Shown in pieces: positions 11,256 through 26,879 of a stretch of DNA of 64,000 bases. The notes under the pieces were generated by a model, which ran no database searches, was not told the DNA's origin, and saw nothing but the letters and a program-made list of their open reading frames with translations. Both the position numbers and the translations under genes were made by a program. Numbering within the stretch: position 1 is the stretch's first letter; each line of letters begins with the position of its first letter. Source of the stretch: Octopus sinensis (Eukaryota); NCBI RefSeq assembly GCF_006345805.1, contig NC_043015.1:23250001-23314000 (forward strand). Direction: 5' to 3'.

Positions 11256-13742
11256 TTTACCCACAATCGGAATTGGTAGTTCTTCTGCCAGAATTTGACA
11301 CCAATATCATTGCAGAAAAATCCAACTGCAAATTTATGCAGTTCAGTTCAGTATGGCAGAATTGCATGCTTTTATTTCTAAAGGGTCTCTCTTTAAAATC
11401 GTGTGTGAAATATATATATTTATATGCAAATAAAGGTTACAAACATCTTTCAGGGATAGCAAAATCGTATGAAAGTACTGTTTAGTTGCCTATATGTTGA
11501 ACATTACAGATTAATACTTAACTGCAAGGTAAGTATATAAACCGCGTTTCATATATATTTATTTATCATAATAAGGTATAAAAGTAGAGAATTAATTAAT
11601 AAATTATTTTTTATTAATTAAAAGATTGACAAACATCCCTTACAGCTGTTTCGATTCAAGACCTTCAGAGAATTAATTAAAAAAATTAAAGAATTTTGAA
11701 AGTCGAATCTAGTCAGAGGTATTTTAAGATATACAAAATAAGCGTTCGATTCCGGCTTGTTGAATGAACGGCTGCAAACCGTTAACTGATAAAAATTATA
11801 TATAATGAACATAGTATGAAACATAGCATAGGCCTTAGAAAAGGGAGGGAGTTTGTATATATTGGAGTTGTAAAGAATAGATCAATATATTTATCTAGAG
11901 TGTTAAATATAAGAAATATTCATGTAGATTTATTAGTAAAAACGTCATATTGTGATATTATGTCCATCCATATTAAATGAATATAAAATTTGTGTGTAAA
12001 GCTAAATTGAAGGGAGTATAGTTATTATTACTATTCAATTAATGTGGAAGACATTCCAGGTAATCTATTACTTATTATAAATATCCACAAGGGTTAAAAG
12101 ACTTATAGGATATGTTAACTTAATGTTATAAGATATGTTAAGTTAATGTTAGGGTACATAAAAAAATATGAAACAAAAACATGAATAAATTTAAATACAT
12201 AAAACTAGATAGAATAAAAAAAATAAAATGAATAAAGACGTACCAAATGTAACCTTTCACCCATTCAAAAAATCTAATAAAGATTAACATTTTCGTATTG
12301 AACAAAATTTTAAAATTTCAGATATGCAGCGTTCCCTTCGTGAGATACCAGATGTAAATATGTTAAGAGGCTCAGGTAAGAAGATATAGTATTTAACCTA
12401 GAAAATAAATAAGAAGTAAAGGGAATAAATATATGCTAATAAAAGGAATAATCAGGGCTTAAATATGGGTTAATTCAATAAGTAAAATTAAAACTTATTA
12501 AATATTATAGAGTACACAGAAAATGCAGCACGGAGGAAACAATTTAATTTTGCAGCTTATTCTATAAATACGTATCTCTTCATTTATTTTGTCAACCGGC
12601 TGCAGCCATGGTGGGTGACACGTCAAAGCATGTAGACGAACAAATTTATGTGTGTACGTGTTTCCGCGTGCATGTGTGTGCGTGTCCGTCTGTATCTGTC
12701 CGTGCATGTGTGAGCGAGTCTTTGCGTGTGTGTATATCTATGTATAAATACATATATACGTATGTCTATCAATCTCCGTATCTATCAACCGGAGGAATGA
12801 ATGCATGAACATGATCTGCTCGATGTCCATGGCTACTACGGACTGTACTGTAATCATCCCAGCAATACAGACTATCATGATATGAAACATGTGATTTGTG
12901 GAAATGCATGTAGCGATGCATCAAAATATTTATAAAGTTCATCCAAGGATTATTATTATTATTACTATATCTATCTATGTGTGCCTATGTGTGTGTATAT
13001 TCAATATATGTGTGTCGGTGTGCATGTATGTATGACGGGTTTTCACATATTTTCCGTTTAATAAATAGAAACTCTTTAATCACAAGTCACTGATCTGCCC
13101 GTAGCAGTAGAATAAGTCCATTGTCGGTGCTGCTCAGTGAGATTAATCCTGAAACCATATTGTTGGAATAAGATTTTTCAACGACACAGACATGCCCGAA
13201 GTTAAATTGCGAGAAACACGTGCAAAATAAGAAATAAGTACCAAAAACCGACCGTTATTACAGGCATTATATTCGATTACAATAAAAATCATTTCCTCTA
13301 CTTTCCTACTTGTGTACAAATACATGTACGAGCCGTATCTTTATTCTCTCTAAATAAACAAGCTCTAACTGATATATATTAAACTTATAAATGTTCATAA
13401 ATGTTAATTTAGATTAAAGTATCTCAATAAAACCATATCATTGCATGTGCCATGCATACACATGTGTGTATGGATGCATGCATATGAATATCCAAAGAAA
13501 GAAACGCAGATTTTCATACACATACATATGTATATGAATACCTACATTTCTATTCAAATACGTTTGTACGTTTGTGTTTTGTGTGTATGCATATCTTTAC
13601 ATACATATATAAATATTGACATAATACATACATTCATATGTATAAATGTATGCATACGTACACCTACACACAAATACACGCACGCTCATTTATATATACA
13701 TACGTACATTCATACATATATACATATACATACATACATACG

Positions 13743-13777
<35 letters not shown>

Positions 13778-13793
13778 GCACATGCATACATAC

Positions 13794-13827
<34 letters not shown>

Positions 13828-14764
13828 ACATATGGGTTGTGTTACTTGTATCTTTGGCTGCGCCTAACTATATAATTAAATCGATCCATATTTTCTCGCA
13901 GGCATCTGCGAGAAAAACATTAACGATATTTTCTTGAACGTAAAGCAAACAGATTTATAGAATTTTATATCTGACACTTTCATTCTCATTACTTGATCAG
14001 ATAATTTTCTGCTGCGATTTTCTGCGGAAGTACATATGGTGTGTTTAGTCATAGTTATCTGATATAGAATTTTAGGGATTTTGTACCGTTGTGTATTAAG
14101 CATTTTCGTGTTTAACGATCGGTATTTAGAACACATAAACTCATACAAACATACATGCATATATACATATAAAACTTATATACATATACATAATATCTAT
14201 ATATACAGTCGACAGAAATAACTTCATTTCTTTCTGAGCTTCTAGTTAGAAGCGTTTCTTTGTATGTATTATTTTTATGATTGCCAGCCTTCACAATTGA
14301 TTGCGTTTGTGTATATGAATACACAGGCCTGGACAACTTGTATAGATAAGTATAGAGGCAGTTTCTTGTGCTTGGTATGTCCTGCTCTTAAGCCGCAAAA
14401 TGTTACCCAGTCGAAAAGAATAATCAGCAAAATCGGCCGATACGATGCAGTGAACCAGCATGCATTGAAGTAAAAGCGGAAATACTGCCGGAAGAAATGT
14501 TTTGAAACAATTTGCCTAAAAACCTAACAATTCAGTAAATTCCCTTTCCTGTATCTGTACTTCATTATCTACCTAAATAAAAGATATGGAAATGGTTAAA
14601 TACATGGGGGTTTGAAATCAGATCGCAGGGCGTCGGAACAAAAGGTGCATGGCATTTAACCCCTCACTCTAAATAATATACTACTTCACCTCATTTCTAC
14701 GCATACAAACACACTTACATAAATCAGCGTCATAAATACTAATATGAACCATGGGAAGGTTTTT

Positions 14765-14900
14765 ATGGCTGAGTGGTAAGGGCGTTCGGGTTACTACACT
14801 CTTGAGGTTGTTCGAATACCAAACCGGGCTGTCTGTTGTGTTCTTCAGTAAGACACTTTATTTCTCATTACTCCAGTTCACTCAGTTCTAGAAATAAGTT
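14765..14900 (+). mobile_element. tRNA-derived SINE fragment (third type)
   Basis: A-box-like TGGCTGAGTGGTAAG and B-box-like GTTCGAATACC, followed by a gtaagacactttatttc body. Confidence 0.55.
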
Positions 14901-15471
14901 GCGTCTGAATCACTGTCAAGCTGTTTCGATATTTTCCTTTCCCTTAGATAACATTGGTGGCGTAGAGCGGGGATAGTGGCATACATGCGCACTTGCTGGT
15001 CTTCCACAAAACGACCTTGTCCGGACTTGTGGCTTGGCGGTGATCTTACTAGGCGGAATCCCAATGTCATTCTGATCTAAGGGGATCTTTACGCCTTTTA
15101 TATATGACCCTTAAGATGAGCTCGTTTTTATCCAGATCTTTCTGGTCTAGATAATCACATGCCATTATTCCTCTTTCTTCTTCCTTTCTACGACAATTCT
15201 TAAAGCAATACTGTCCGCAAGAAAGAGAACAGAGAACAATAGCAAGTTGACTCAATGTCCTGTAGGTATTAAGGCCGCTTGGAAACATTGAAAATCGATT
15301 CTCCCCAACGCTGTGGGAAGTGTTTCAAAATCTGTATTATGTGAAAATTATACCATTAATATTAACCAAATCACCTTCACATTAAATTTTGGTAAAAGGT
15401 CAGCAATTTCAATGACGTCGATCCTAGATCTGAACTGCTATATACTTTATCGATCTTGAAAAGATGAAACA

Positions 15472-15543
<72 letters not shown>

Positions 15544-15574
15544 TTCAACTAAAGTCACAAGGCTTGAAATTTCA

Positions 15575-15968
15575 AGGGAGGAGACTAGTCGATGACATCG
15601 ATCCCATTGTTTCACTAGCGCTTAATTTAAAGCCCCCCCCCCTACAAAATGAGAGACTAAGTCAATCTAGGCGGGATTTCAACTCAGAACGTAATGCCGG
15701 ACGAAATGCTGCTAATCATTTTACCCGGCATGCTAACGATTCTGCCAGCTCACCACCTTCCTAATAAGTAACAATAATAATCCTTTCTGATAATGGCACG
15801 AAGCCTGAAATTTTGTGGGGACGGGGATAGACGATTATATCAACCCCATCGCTCAACTAGTACTTATTTCATCGACTCCTAAAGGATGAAAGTCAAAGTC
15901 GACCTCAGCGGAATTTGAACTCAGAACGTAAAGACGGACGAAATGCCGCTAAACATTTTGCCTGGCGT
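15575..15968 (-). mobile_element. Two adjacent SINE family 1 copies
   Basis: Minus-strand heads GGTGAGCTGGCAGAATCGTTAGCA...GTTCTGAGTTGAAATCCCGCC (to ~15765) and ...GTTCTGAGTTCAAATTCCGCTGAGGTCGAC (15790-15968), between (AAT)n tracts. Confidence 0.75.
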
Positions 15969-15970
15969 TC

Positions 15971-16009
<39 letters not shown>

Positions 16010-17533
16010 CAACGGTAATTATATATAGCTTTCTAAGACTGAGGAAAAATGTTGTGCTCAAAGCTGGGAAGTCGTGCGTCGTTACTTCGACTTCCTTGTT
16101 CAGGATCCTCAGGCAGATTCAGTTTTAAATAAATGAAATACACTGCTATATACCTACCCACACATATACGTAGACCGACATGTATATACTCGTATATGTG
16201 CGGGGGGGGGTCTGTTGAATGTACGTGCATATGAACATGTGCATAACATGTATACACACACGCACACACGCGCGCGTATATATGCAATTATTAAAGCGTT
16301 CGTTCGCCTTTAGCATATATATTATTAATTTGCAGTGATGATCTAATGACTACTATTGTATAATTCTTTCCCTTCAGTGAAATACCTGAAATTCATAACT
16401 TGTTTCTTCATGCCCACTGAACTGTACACCTCTCTATTGGTCTCTGGTATTCTCCTCTCATTCCGTTGCTATTTACACACGTACATATATACATACATAA
16501 CAATACATAGCCCTACAGAACCTTACATATTTAGATATATACATACATATACATGAAACATTCTTCACGCATATTTCCTGGTTTCTACACTTGGTGTAAG
16601 CTCTTATATGTGCAAATATGTTAGTGCTTTCACTAAGAGTGTGAGTGTATACAATGTGTGTGTATGTGTGTGTGTGAACGTATGCCTCCTATATATTAAG
16701 GCAATTTCACATGTAATTATTAACTTACAGCTCTTCCAAACTGTACCCATGTTCAATTGAGCATAGATACAACCATGTGACACCCGACGCATAAACACAT
16801 ATACGCATATAAGGGTGTATGTAAATAAATATACACACATATGTGAGTATATATTTATTCTTACACACGCATTTTTATATATGTATGTGTGTGTATGCAT
16901 GTATGTATATCCTTATACGTATCTATTTGTATCTATCTATCTATATATCTATATATATATAGACAGAGAGATAAATAGATAAACAGAGGTAGATAATGAG
17001 AGAGACAGACAGAGAAAAGGAGTGAGAAAAACGTGTGTGTATGTATATAATATATATATATATATATATTTGTTATATACCTACCTACATACATATATAC
17101 ATACACATACACACACGTATATGAGTAAAGTAGGCAGCAATATCTCTGTATGCGAGACTATATATTATTCGTTCATTACTTACGCAGAGTGCACTTCTCT
17201 TAATTACATCGTATTCAAGCAAAATTGTCCAGTATCATCTGCAGACTGAATTATACGTTAGTATTCAATACAAGTGTATAAAGCGAACATTTATTAAATA
17301 TAAAATAAATAGTATTTACTTATATGGAAATACGTCCTGTTATTTTCCCTTTGCCGACATATTTTTATGTTGGCAACTATATTGCCGAGTTTGTCTTCAA
17401 AGCACTCTTTCCTCTCTCTTACCCTCTCTCCCTCTATGTATGTCTCTATTTCTCTTTTTCTAAGAATTTATATAATTGTGCCTCTATGTGTACGCGTTAG
17501 ATATGTACGTATGCAACACACACACACACACAC

Positions 17534-17574
<41 letters not shown>

Positions 17575-18457
17575 GTTTCTGTTCATGTGTATGTATTTAT
17601 ATGCACATGTATATGTAAATACATTTCTGAAAGTACACACTGACACACACATATCCACACGCATACAACTGTATGTGTGTGCAAGTATGAAGATATGTTT
17701 TTTTCTCTATGTGTGTATGCGACGTGTGTGTGCGCGTGTTTTGCCCTTGTTTGTGTATGTGTATGCTGGTGCGTTGATACTATTTGGATACTTCATAAAA
17801 AGTGATGAAGACGTTTTGGTCATATTTTACATATATAAAGATTCAGGGATTGTGGGATGTCAGGAGAAAATACAGAGAGAAAGCTTGGTCTGTCTATTGT
17901 AAAGTAAATGGCTTAGTCAAACAAAACGACTACATTTATAAACCTTTGGACACTAGACCCTGAAAGAAATGATTTTTGCGAATTACACGTATATATATAT
18001 ATGTATGTATAAGTATATGTATATACGGTATTGTCCGTTTATAACAATTATTTAGAGTATCACTTTCAAAAAAAAATATATTATAAAAACGAATATATCG
18101 TATCAGGTTTCACCGACTGAGATGTACACCTTAGGAACATGACCAGACATGACCAGATCTTCGGAGGATTTACATCAAGTAATCAACAGGTGTTTGGTGT
18201 ATCTAGCCCATAATGACGAAGATAATTTCGATATCGGAGGAATTTCTACGCAATGAGATATACCACAAATCATACCCCCCCACACACACACATTCCATTG
18301 GTTCTGCTAGTACTACCTTCAACCAACGTATAACATTAAGTTATTATGAAGTCTCAGAAATCTTTCATGATAAAATATCAAGCACATATTTATTGAACAT
18401 AATACATATGATTTATTAGAAAAAATAAAAAAAAAACAAACCACGAAATATATAATG

Positions 18458-18638
18458 GTTTAAAATTTTGGGACTAAGACGGCAATTTCAGGGATAGGGC
18501 TAAGTTACATTGGCCCTAGTGCTACACTGGCAAAATTGACCTTAGAAAAATTTGAATTTGAACTCTGAACAAAGAGACGGACAAACACCACTAAGTATTT
18601 TGTCCGGTGTACTAACGTTTCTGCCCGCTCACCACCTT
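18458..18638 (-). mobile_element. SINE family 1, degenerate
   Basis: Minus-strand GGTGGTGAGCGGGCAGAAACGTTAGTAC...GTTCAGAGTTCAAATTC. Confidence 0.65.
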
Positions 18639-19384
18639 AATCATGTAATGTACATATATTGACAATATTGTCAAAATCGATTATAAAAACATCCCTAAAA
18701 TAAGGCCTCATTCATACTAGTACGATGGAAATAATACTAACTTTGTCAACAATTGTTTTCCATCTTTATATTACAAAGAACCTGGTGTTTAGTTTCGCAG
18801 TTTTGTATTATGACCTTTAATTCTGCAATTTCCGAAATCTCTTTATAAAAGGTGGACATTTTCTCGCTGAGTTTTTTTCGTCCATTGTGATCTCCGAAAT
18901 TAAATAGAATTCCCGCGTTAGAAAATCTGTTTGTTTTACGATAACGTAATATAGAGGAAATAGAATCAGTAATAAGTAAATCTTTTGATGTGCGTTTGCG
19001 GGAGAATATTCAACAGAAATATGACGCAAACCGCTTCCATACAAAGATTTCGTGTAAATTCTCCTAGATCTTTAAAAATCTAGTTTAGTTTACGGTGTTG
19101 TAGAAAACGGATTGGCTTTAAAACAGTGTGATCATTCTATATATGGCAACACCTGCCATGACAGTGAGGGCAAAATTCACCGGCATACGGTGGTGGTTTT
19201 TCCATTGGATGAAAATGGATGGCATTGAGACAGGAGATTCGTACAGATGAGAATCTAGCTCTCTATCTCAGAAAATATTGCCATTCAGATACACAAGTCC
19301 AGATGCATGGTCAACCTCTACCAACTTCGAAAAAGAGAGGATTACATTCTAGCTTTTTATTTTCTACTCATTTCAGTCACTGGA

Positions 19385-19790
19385 CTGCGGCCTTCACGTG
19401 GCATCTCCTTGACGTTTTCAGTTGATCAAATCGATGCCAGTATATATTTATTTATTTTTTTTAAGCCTAGTCCTTCTATCGTTCTCTTTTTCCGAAATCG
19501 CTAAGTTATGACGTTGTAATCACATCAACACCGGTTGTCAATCAAGCAGTTTAGCTCTACAGACGAATACAAATATATGATTGACCGCTAGCTACTAAAG
19601 CTTTATTTTTTATTCTCTCTCTGTTTATGTGTGTGTATAACTGTCTTCCACAGTTTCTGTCCACCAAATCCACTCACAAGGCTTTTAGTCAGCCCTGCAC
19701 TATGTTAGAAGGAATATAGCCAAGGTGGGATTGAAATCGAAACCAGATATTTGGAAGGCGAGCTTCTTCATCTGCCAATCCCTGCCCCTG
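19385..19790 (-). mobile_element. SINE family 2, degenerate
   Basis: Contains ccaccaaatccactcacaaggcttt and ttcagtcactggactgcggcc, shared with 34885-35238. Confidence 0.6.
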
Positions 19791-20139
19791 GTTATAATAA
19801 AGTTGTAAAGATTTTGTTGGAAAATATGAAATATAAAATATATGAAATGTTTGTGTGCGTGTGTGTGTGTGGGGGGGGGGGCTGTGGATGTTACTCCACG
19901 GCCTGCAAAGTAATATAAGGTGTAGAAAATGGATGAAAAGCGAACGAAAAGCATGTAAGCATATTCGACATGGACAATTCTTGCTGCATTCACCGCAGAC
20001 GAAGACTGAAAAGTCGAAGAGAGACAGAATATGTCGCAATTCATCCTAAATAGAAGATTCAATGAGATTCTATCGAAATGCAACTCAGTTGGCATCGTAA
20101 AATATCTTAAGTTTGGATTAATAGTGGATTACTTTGGTT

Positions 20140-20352
20140 ACAGAGTTTGACACAAGGCCAGCAATTTCTGGGGAGGCGGCAAATCGATGATATAGACCCC
20201 AGTACTTGACTGGTACGTATTTTATCGGCCTCGAAAGGATGAAAGACAAAGTCAGCCTCGGTGGCATTCGAACCAAGAACGTAAACAATCATGAATTGCC
20301 GCTATGCATTTTTCCCTGCGTACAAAAGGTTCTGCCAATTTGCTGCCTTAAT
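20140..20352 (-). mobile_element. SINE family 1
   Basis: Contains gaccccagtacttgactggtac...tttatcggcctcgaaaggatgaaagacaaagtcagcctcgg...cattcgaacc. Confidence 0.7.
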
Positions 20353-21255
20353 ACGTGGATGTATAAATTAGCAGAAAATATGAAAACGAAAATTCAGGTT
20401 AGGAAGATCTCTTTGTAATTCCCCAGTTTCGGATACAGCACCTTGTCAAAGAGCTTTCCACACTCCGGTCAATGATTTGTGAGTGACTTTGATTGACAGA
20501 AACGGTGTAGAAGCCTTTCATACATATGTGTCTTTATCTGCGGTTATGTATCTGTAACACTGTATTTTTGTCAGACCCCCGTTACTGCTTTTCAGCCAGT
20601 TCTATTTTTTTTTTATATCGAAGTAAACATGTGTTCGGTAAAAGAAATCGTGAGAATAATTACCAGATGAACATGAGCAGTTGCGGTGATGTTTCGGCTG
20701 CACCCTGCAAGGAGACCACCTGTATGTCCACAGTCAAATGACGGAATCCAGAAAGGATAACAGATGAAAGAGATATTGCAACTAATATTGGTTAATACAA
20801 TACGTTTTACAAATATTCTATAAAACCCAGAGAATAATTTTAACGAGCTCCTAAATAACTCAGGCAGTAAATACAACACCTATTCCACGGCCACTCACTT
20901 TTTGCACATTTTACTGTTGAATAGACTTGCATGGTCCTACGTAATGCTTAGCTAGATAATTAACAACAACAACAGAAGTGGCAGCAACAACAACAATAAG
21001 AAGAAGAATGAGAATGGGTAAGATGCCTAGATGGCAAACTGCAAGCGGATGCAGTTAAATGTATGTCTGTGTTTGCGTATGTATATGCGCGTTTGTGTGT
21101 AAGTGCTTGATTAAAGAAATATGTAAGTTTATACATTTACATGCACACATGTGCAGCTCTAATATTTATATATATATATATATGTGTATGTGTGTGTGCG
21201 CACGCGCGTACCTGTTTGTGTATATGATGGGTGTGTGTATGTAAGTATCTGTATA

Positions 21256-21290
<35 letters not shown>

Positions 21291-23853
21291 GTATGAATAT
21301 ATATTCATATAATGGAATGTATACATGAAATGATATGCATGTTTATATAAATACCTGTATATATTTATGATTCCATGTACGTACGTCAATAGATATATAT
21401 ATGACTGTGTTTGTGTGTGCTTATGTGGCTGTATATGTGTGCATGTATATGTATATATGTGTATACACATACGCACATATATGTATGTATGGATGGATGT
21501 GTAGATGGATGGATGTGCTGAGACATGTATGTATACGTAGCTCGTTTGCCAAATTGGGAAAATAATGTGAATTGATAGCTTTCCAATTAGAAAGTAGAAT
21601 CATCAAAAGAGACTTCCCATCCTTCCGTCTTCCATCTTTCTATCCTTCACCCTCTGTAAGCAGCCCTTCTCCGTTCGTTTGATTCCTTGCTTGCTTGGAC
21701 ACTGCTATAAAATTTAAACTGAACGTTACAACGTATCACGCGTTTTATTCCGTGTTTGAAGCCGTAGTATAGTTTATTGTTCTCGTATACAGGAGTTACA
21801 TCGTAGACCTTAACCAATTTCACAATGAAGTTAATCGCTATTCAAATAGCAAGCCATGCAGAAAGCACAAATTTTGGCAAGGCTATGCAATTTACGCATT
21901 TCAAAGAGAGTGACGGTACCGAAGGTAAGGGAAGTATTTGGAATATAATAAAGGCGAAGATGCCATACAAGCAGAGGGAGAGAAAAGGCGAATGCTGCAC
22001 ATATGTGTGTGTCTATATGTGTGTATATTGTGTTTGTCGTTTTTGTGTGTGTTTTTGTATGTGTGTAAATGTATTCTGTATGTATGTGGTAAAGTTATCA
22101 AGAAGAACGACGCAAATATTCTAATATTATATTAGGATTTCATTGATTACAATATAAGCGTATAAGTGACTTCATTATTTTCTTCCTGTTGGCTTAATTA
22201 ATTTCGTTAAAAATCCTATAGTCTAACATTTCTTCGCAAAACAAATAGATTTACTCTCCATATCGAATCTAGTTTATAAGCCCAGTGTTAAATTTGTTTT
22301 GTTGAAAAGTCGCTGCAACCAGGTTAAATGCATAGACGCTGCTGCATTCGCTTTTGTTATGTTTTACAATAATTCTTGATAATATTAACAAATTTATTGA
22401 CATTTATAGTAAGTTACAATGTACAACGAAAGGCCGGTGGTGACCGATGTTTGATATGATTACCATCAGATGAGTAAAACGTTATGTGTATATTTAAAAT
22501 CGCTAAAACCCTCTACCACGGTTCTTTTGTTTAGTTTGATTTATGCTATAACAGTGCTACTATTTACTTGAAGGATCGATCCCATTGCGGGACATCATTG
22601 GGAAGAATGATGCGAATGACATTTTTGTGCAGAAGCCATTTCCAAACGTATAAGATCGATGAATTTCTTGTGTAGTTGATACATCATCTCATTTCATAGC
22701 ACCATCTTGGGAGCCGCAACTGAGTTCAAATTATTTTCAGGTATTTACGTATGAAGTCCGATATAAGCAAAACCAGCTCTAGTAGACTTGCCAATATGAG
22801 AGTCCCTGAAAAGTCCCATAGGTGCTGTCATTTAAATTCTAAGCTTTTAAACATACTCATGTTGTATTATATTTCAGGACAACTAAGATTTATGCATGTA
22901 TATTTCCACAATTACTAGTAATGCTAGTAATTCTCACTCGCTAATTGCTACACAGAGGTGTAGGTAGTCATGCGTAGATAAAGTGGCCGACAACTCTTAT
23001 AAACTCTCCCGTCCTTTTGACATACATATTATGTATGCCAAATGCAGGGATGGTGACCTGACCAGCAATCGGATCGCAAGCATGTTCAGCAGAATAGTCT
23101 GGAACATCTGGAACTGAGTGTCTTTTTCAAGTAAACAAGACGCCAGCCGGGCGTCCAGGGCTTTAATCGAGCGTCACCAATCGACAGGGTACATGCCGAC
23201 TTTTTGCGTGGGAAATCTGGCTCTATAAAATTTACCTTAGTTAAGCTGGATCATAATTATAGGTTAATAAATGGGTTGGCAGCAGGACAGTGATGTTTTT
23301 GCATAAAATATGAAAATACTGCAGAAAATAAATGTTACTTACACAGCTATGTGCAGAAGATGCCATTACGTGTCATTTTGGAAGGTCATAGACGCCGATT
23401 AATATATGTATAGCTATTTATGATTTATCTGCACATTGTGCACTCGAGTGATCTTAATAAATGTTAGAAAAATAATTGTAACGTTAATAATGAAATAGAC
23501 ATTAAATGGAGAGTTAGTAATAAATTGTGCTGCAGCAAAATTTTAAAAAAAGTTATTGGAATGATGTAATCCATTAGACTGATATCAGTACTTACCAAGT
23601 ACTGTTATTTCATCATGCATTAGTAAAGTAAAGCCGGCTGCAGTGGCATTGGGGCAATAACAAGATTTCAATAGTTGCTGATAATGTCATCAATTAAACG
23701 CAGTTGTATTGAAGATTCGTGTGATCATCCAACAAAATGCCTTGTGGTATTTGTATACGTCCCTTGACGTAATGATTTCAAACTTGCCTTTCGTCATTCT
23801 GGAGTCGATACACATACAACAAGGAATTTATACATACACACACACACACACAC

Positions 23854-23919
<66 letters not shown>

Positions 23920-23921
<2 letters not shown>

Positions 23922-24149
23922 GTGAAATAGAAAGATGAATAATCTTGTAGTGGATTAATCAAAAGTTTAACCGATACCTTAGTAGCTTTTTCCAACGGAT
24001 TTCCTTTTTTCTTCCTGAAGAGAAAGACACAATATGGTCCCATTATTCAATCGGATTTTGGTAATTTGTGCCTTTCGAAACACGTGTAGAATGAAATAAA
24101 ACGATTTCTGTTCAATCTGCGTTCAGCTCCATTTCTTCAATTCACCAAT

Positions 24150-24156
<7 letters not shown>
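23920..24156 (+). mobile_element. ~240-bp hammerhead-bearing unit inserted in (TA)n
   Basis: Flanked on both sides by (TA)n. A homologous copy lies at 35315-35478. The 3' tail gttcagctccatttcttca resembles the tail of the 5457-7002 arms. Confidence 0.75.
24012..24091 (+). ncRNA. Canonical minimal type I hammerhead ribozyme
   Basis: ttc-CTGAAGA-gaaagacacaa...ttgtgcctttc-GAAAC-acgt-GTA-gaa. Core is intact and stem III ACACGTGT is palindromic. Confidence 0.85.
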
Positions 24157-24212
<56 letters not shown>

Positions 24213-26222
24213 TACATATACACGCACATACTTACAACGTGTGTGTGTAACTTGTTCCTACAATATATTAGTTCGATGAGATCGTTGTTATTTCTAGAGT
24301 ATCGTTTAAAACTATTGTGTAATTTGAACTGATCCCTGTGAACTAACGAAGCAAATATCAGTCTTAGCAAACGTATAATTCGAAGATTCAGGCTAATAAA
24401 TCTATGTGTATTGCGCCATATTCACTAAGCCACCACTGCGTCATTTGAGCCAAGGAAATCTTTAAAGATATAGCTTCGTGCAACTTTGTGCGCTGTGTCT
24501 CATATAGATCGAAATGTATGCAATTTCCAATTGAATTTTGAACTCTTAAATTACTTCTTTCTTACACTGAAAGGTGAATAAATATTCAACAGACTGTAGA
24601 GTGATTGCTTAATGAAGCAAATATGCGGTTCACGATGACTCTCCATACATTTTGATTATGGTGACAACAGAATTTAAATAAGTACAAAACGCAGTCATTG
24701 CAGATATTTGGACTGGCATGCAATTATTGTTTGTTACACTGTCTGAGCGCTGCGATGTATCTATAGCCTGACGTAACCATTTCATTCCAAAGTTGCTCAC
24801 ATTATTTTGGTGTGAAATGGGATCGACATATAAACAATTAATCTTCTACCTAATCGAAAGAAATCGATAGTGAATTTCATTTTTTGTTTAATATTCAATA
24901 ATATTAATTATATTTCTTATACGGGCGTGAAATATAGATAATCGATGAAGAAGACGTTTATTATGTTCCGAAACGTATTTGTGTCGAATAGGTTGAAATT
25001 AATTGGTTCCAGGGAAATGTCTAATCGGTATATATGAGTTACAATAGAAAAGTGAAATGCAGATTGACCAGTTTCCATGGCGTGTTTCAAAGTAACAGCA
25101 ATAATTGGCGCCAGTACAGAGATCCGCTTGTCTGCTACCTTATGACCAATCAATGAAACATTTCATTAAAACGAATCAAAAGGAAAAACGCCGGTCTATG
25201 CAATCTATACGATGTTAGTCATATTCACACAAAAGGGCAGTTTAATATGGTGTCCATGGATGTGAATTGTTGATATTCTACAGAAATATAAGGAAAATGA
25301 TAATGTACGTATGTGGTCGGCCTACATACTAGAAATAGACAGAAAGTATCTTTCAGATAATAAGGGACAGCCGTTAAAATTGAAATGAAATTCAATTTCT
25401 ATTCTTTAGGATTAAAAAGTTAATTTTTCCAATCAATGGTGTGGAATTGGTGGCAGTGTAAGACCAATTTGTGATATTCCGGTTATTTGCGTCTTGAGTT
25501 CAAATGTCACTCACCATGGTATACTTTGAAGATAAACTTCACCAGTCAACTGTTTCGCATCAGCACGTGCCGACTTTGGTGCCTTTATCGAGAGTTTACA
25601 TGTTTCTGGTTTAAGTATACCTTCTGAAAGACGCTTAGTGACACGATAACGGGTCAAAAGCAACGCTACGCACTTCACGCAAAGCTAAAAATAGTGCGCT
25701 TGTTGTGAAGAAGAATTTTCCTCGCTGTCGTCATGGCTGCACTAAAAAATGTTCATCATGTCCCACTAACTCAGTATTGGATTGGATGGGTAGCAATGTA
25801 AACGGACAGCAGAAAAATGACTCAATGCGTTTGTGGGATTGGTCGAATACTTAACATTTACATATAACCATATTGATATTGTTGCACCCAAAAAATTAGA
25901 CATGTACACAAAAAGTATCTAATCAGGAACACACCCTCATACAGATTTACGAAACAAAGTTATTAATCTAGTGCACAGCGAGCAGCTAATGTGAAACACT
26001 GGATACATTAGATCAGAGAGTTTTCGATTGATAAATGCATGGTCGATATTGTATAATCTGTATTACAAAACAAGTGAATATATGAATAAATATACTTCAA
26101 ATAAACACACACACATGACACACACATACAGATGAAGAAACACAGTTACACACTTACGCATGCACACAAACACACACACGCACGGACACACAAACCCACA
26201 GACACGCACTTACAGACGCACA

Positions 26223-26253
<31 letters not shown>

Positions 26254-26749
26254 TCACACACATTAAGTTATATACAAAGCTAAAGTAAATGTTTTTTAAC
26301 ATCAGCGCAAGGTCAGCAATTTGGTGTATGCGCATAATCGATTAAATTGATCTTGTTTTTTGGCTGATACCCCGGAGGGAAGGAAGCCAAAGCTGACTTC
26401 AGCAGGATTTCAACCCACCACTCAAGGAAACGGAACAATATTCTAGACACATGGACATTTATTAGAAAGAGTTTTACTTAATATCATCGACATTCACCTT
26501 GAAGGAAGCTTTAAAATTGTGTCAAAAAATAAATAAAAGCAATGTTGCCTTCACCAGTATTTCATGTACCGATATTTGTTAAATAAGAACTCTTTTTAAT
26601 ATAGTCACAGGGACAGCAATTTTGAGCGGAAAGAGTTAAAAGATGTCGCTTGACTGCAGTACTTGTTTGGTACTTATCGATACAAGTTAAAACATCAAGC
26701 CTTCTACATATAATAAGAATGCACTGCTCGTTCACATAATAGAAGTAAT

Positions 26750-26855
<106 letters not shown>

Positions 26856-26879
26856 TAATAATAATAATAATAATAAACA

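Noticed and set aside
18105-18175. Minus-strand CCGAAGA...GAAAC hammerhead-like trace
   Set aside because: Stem III and the cleavage triplet are not recoverable, so it is too degenerate to call.
19120-19400. Cadherin-like D..SG....DRE resemblance on the minus strand
   Set aside because: There is an in-frame stop before DRE and no other cadherin motifs, so it is probably chance.
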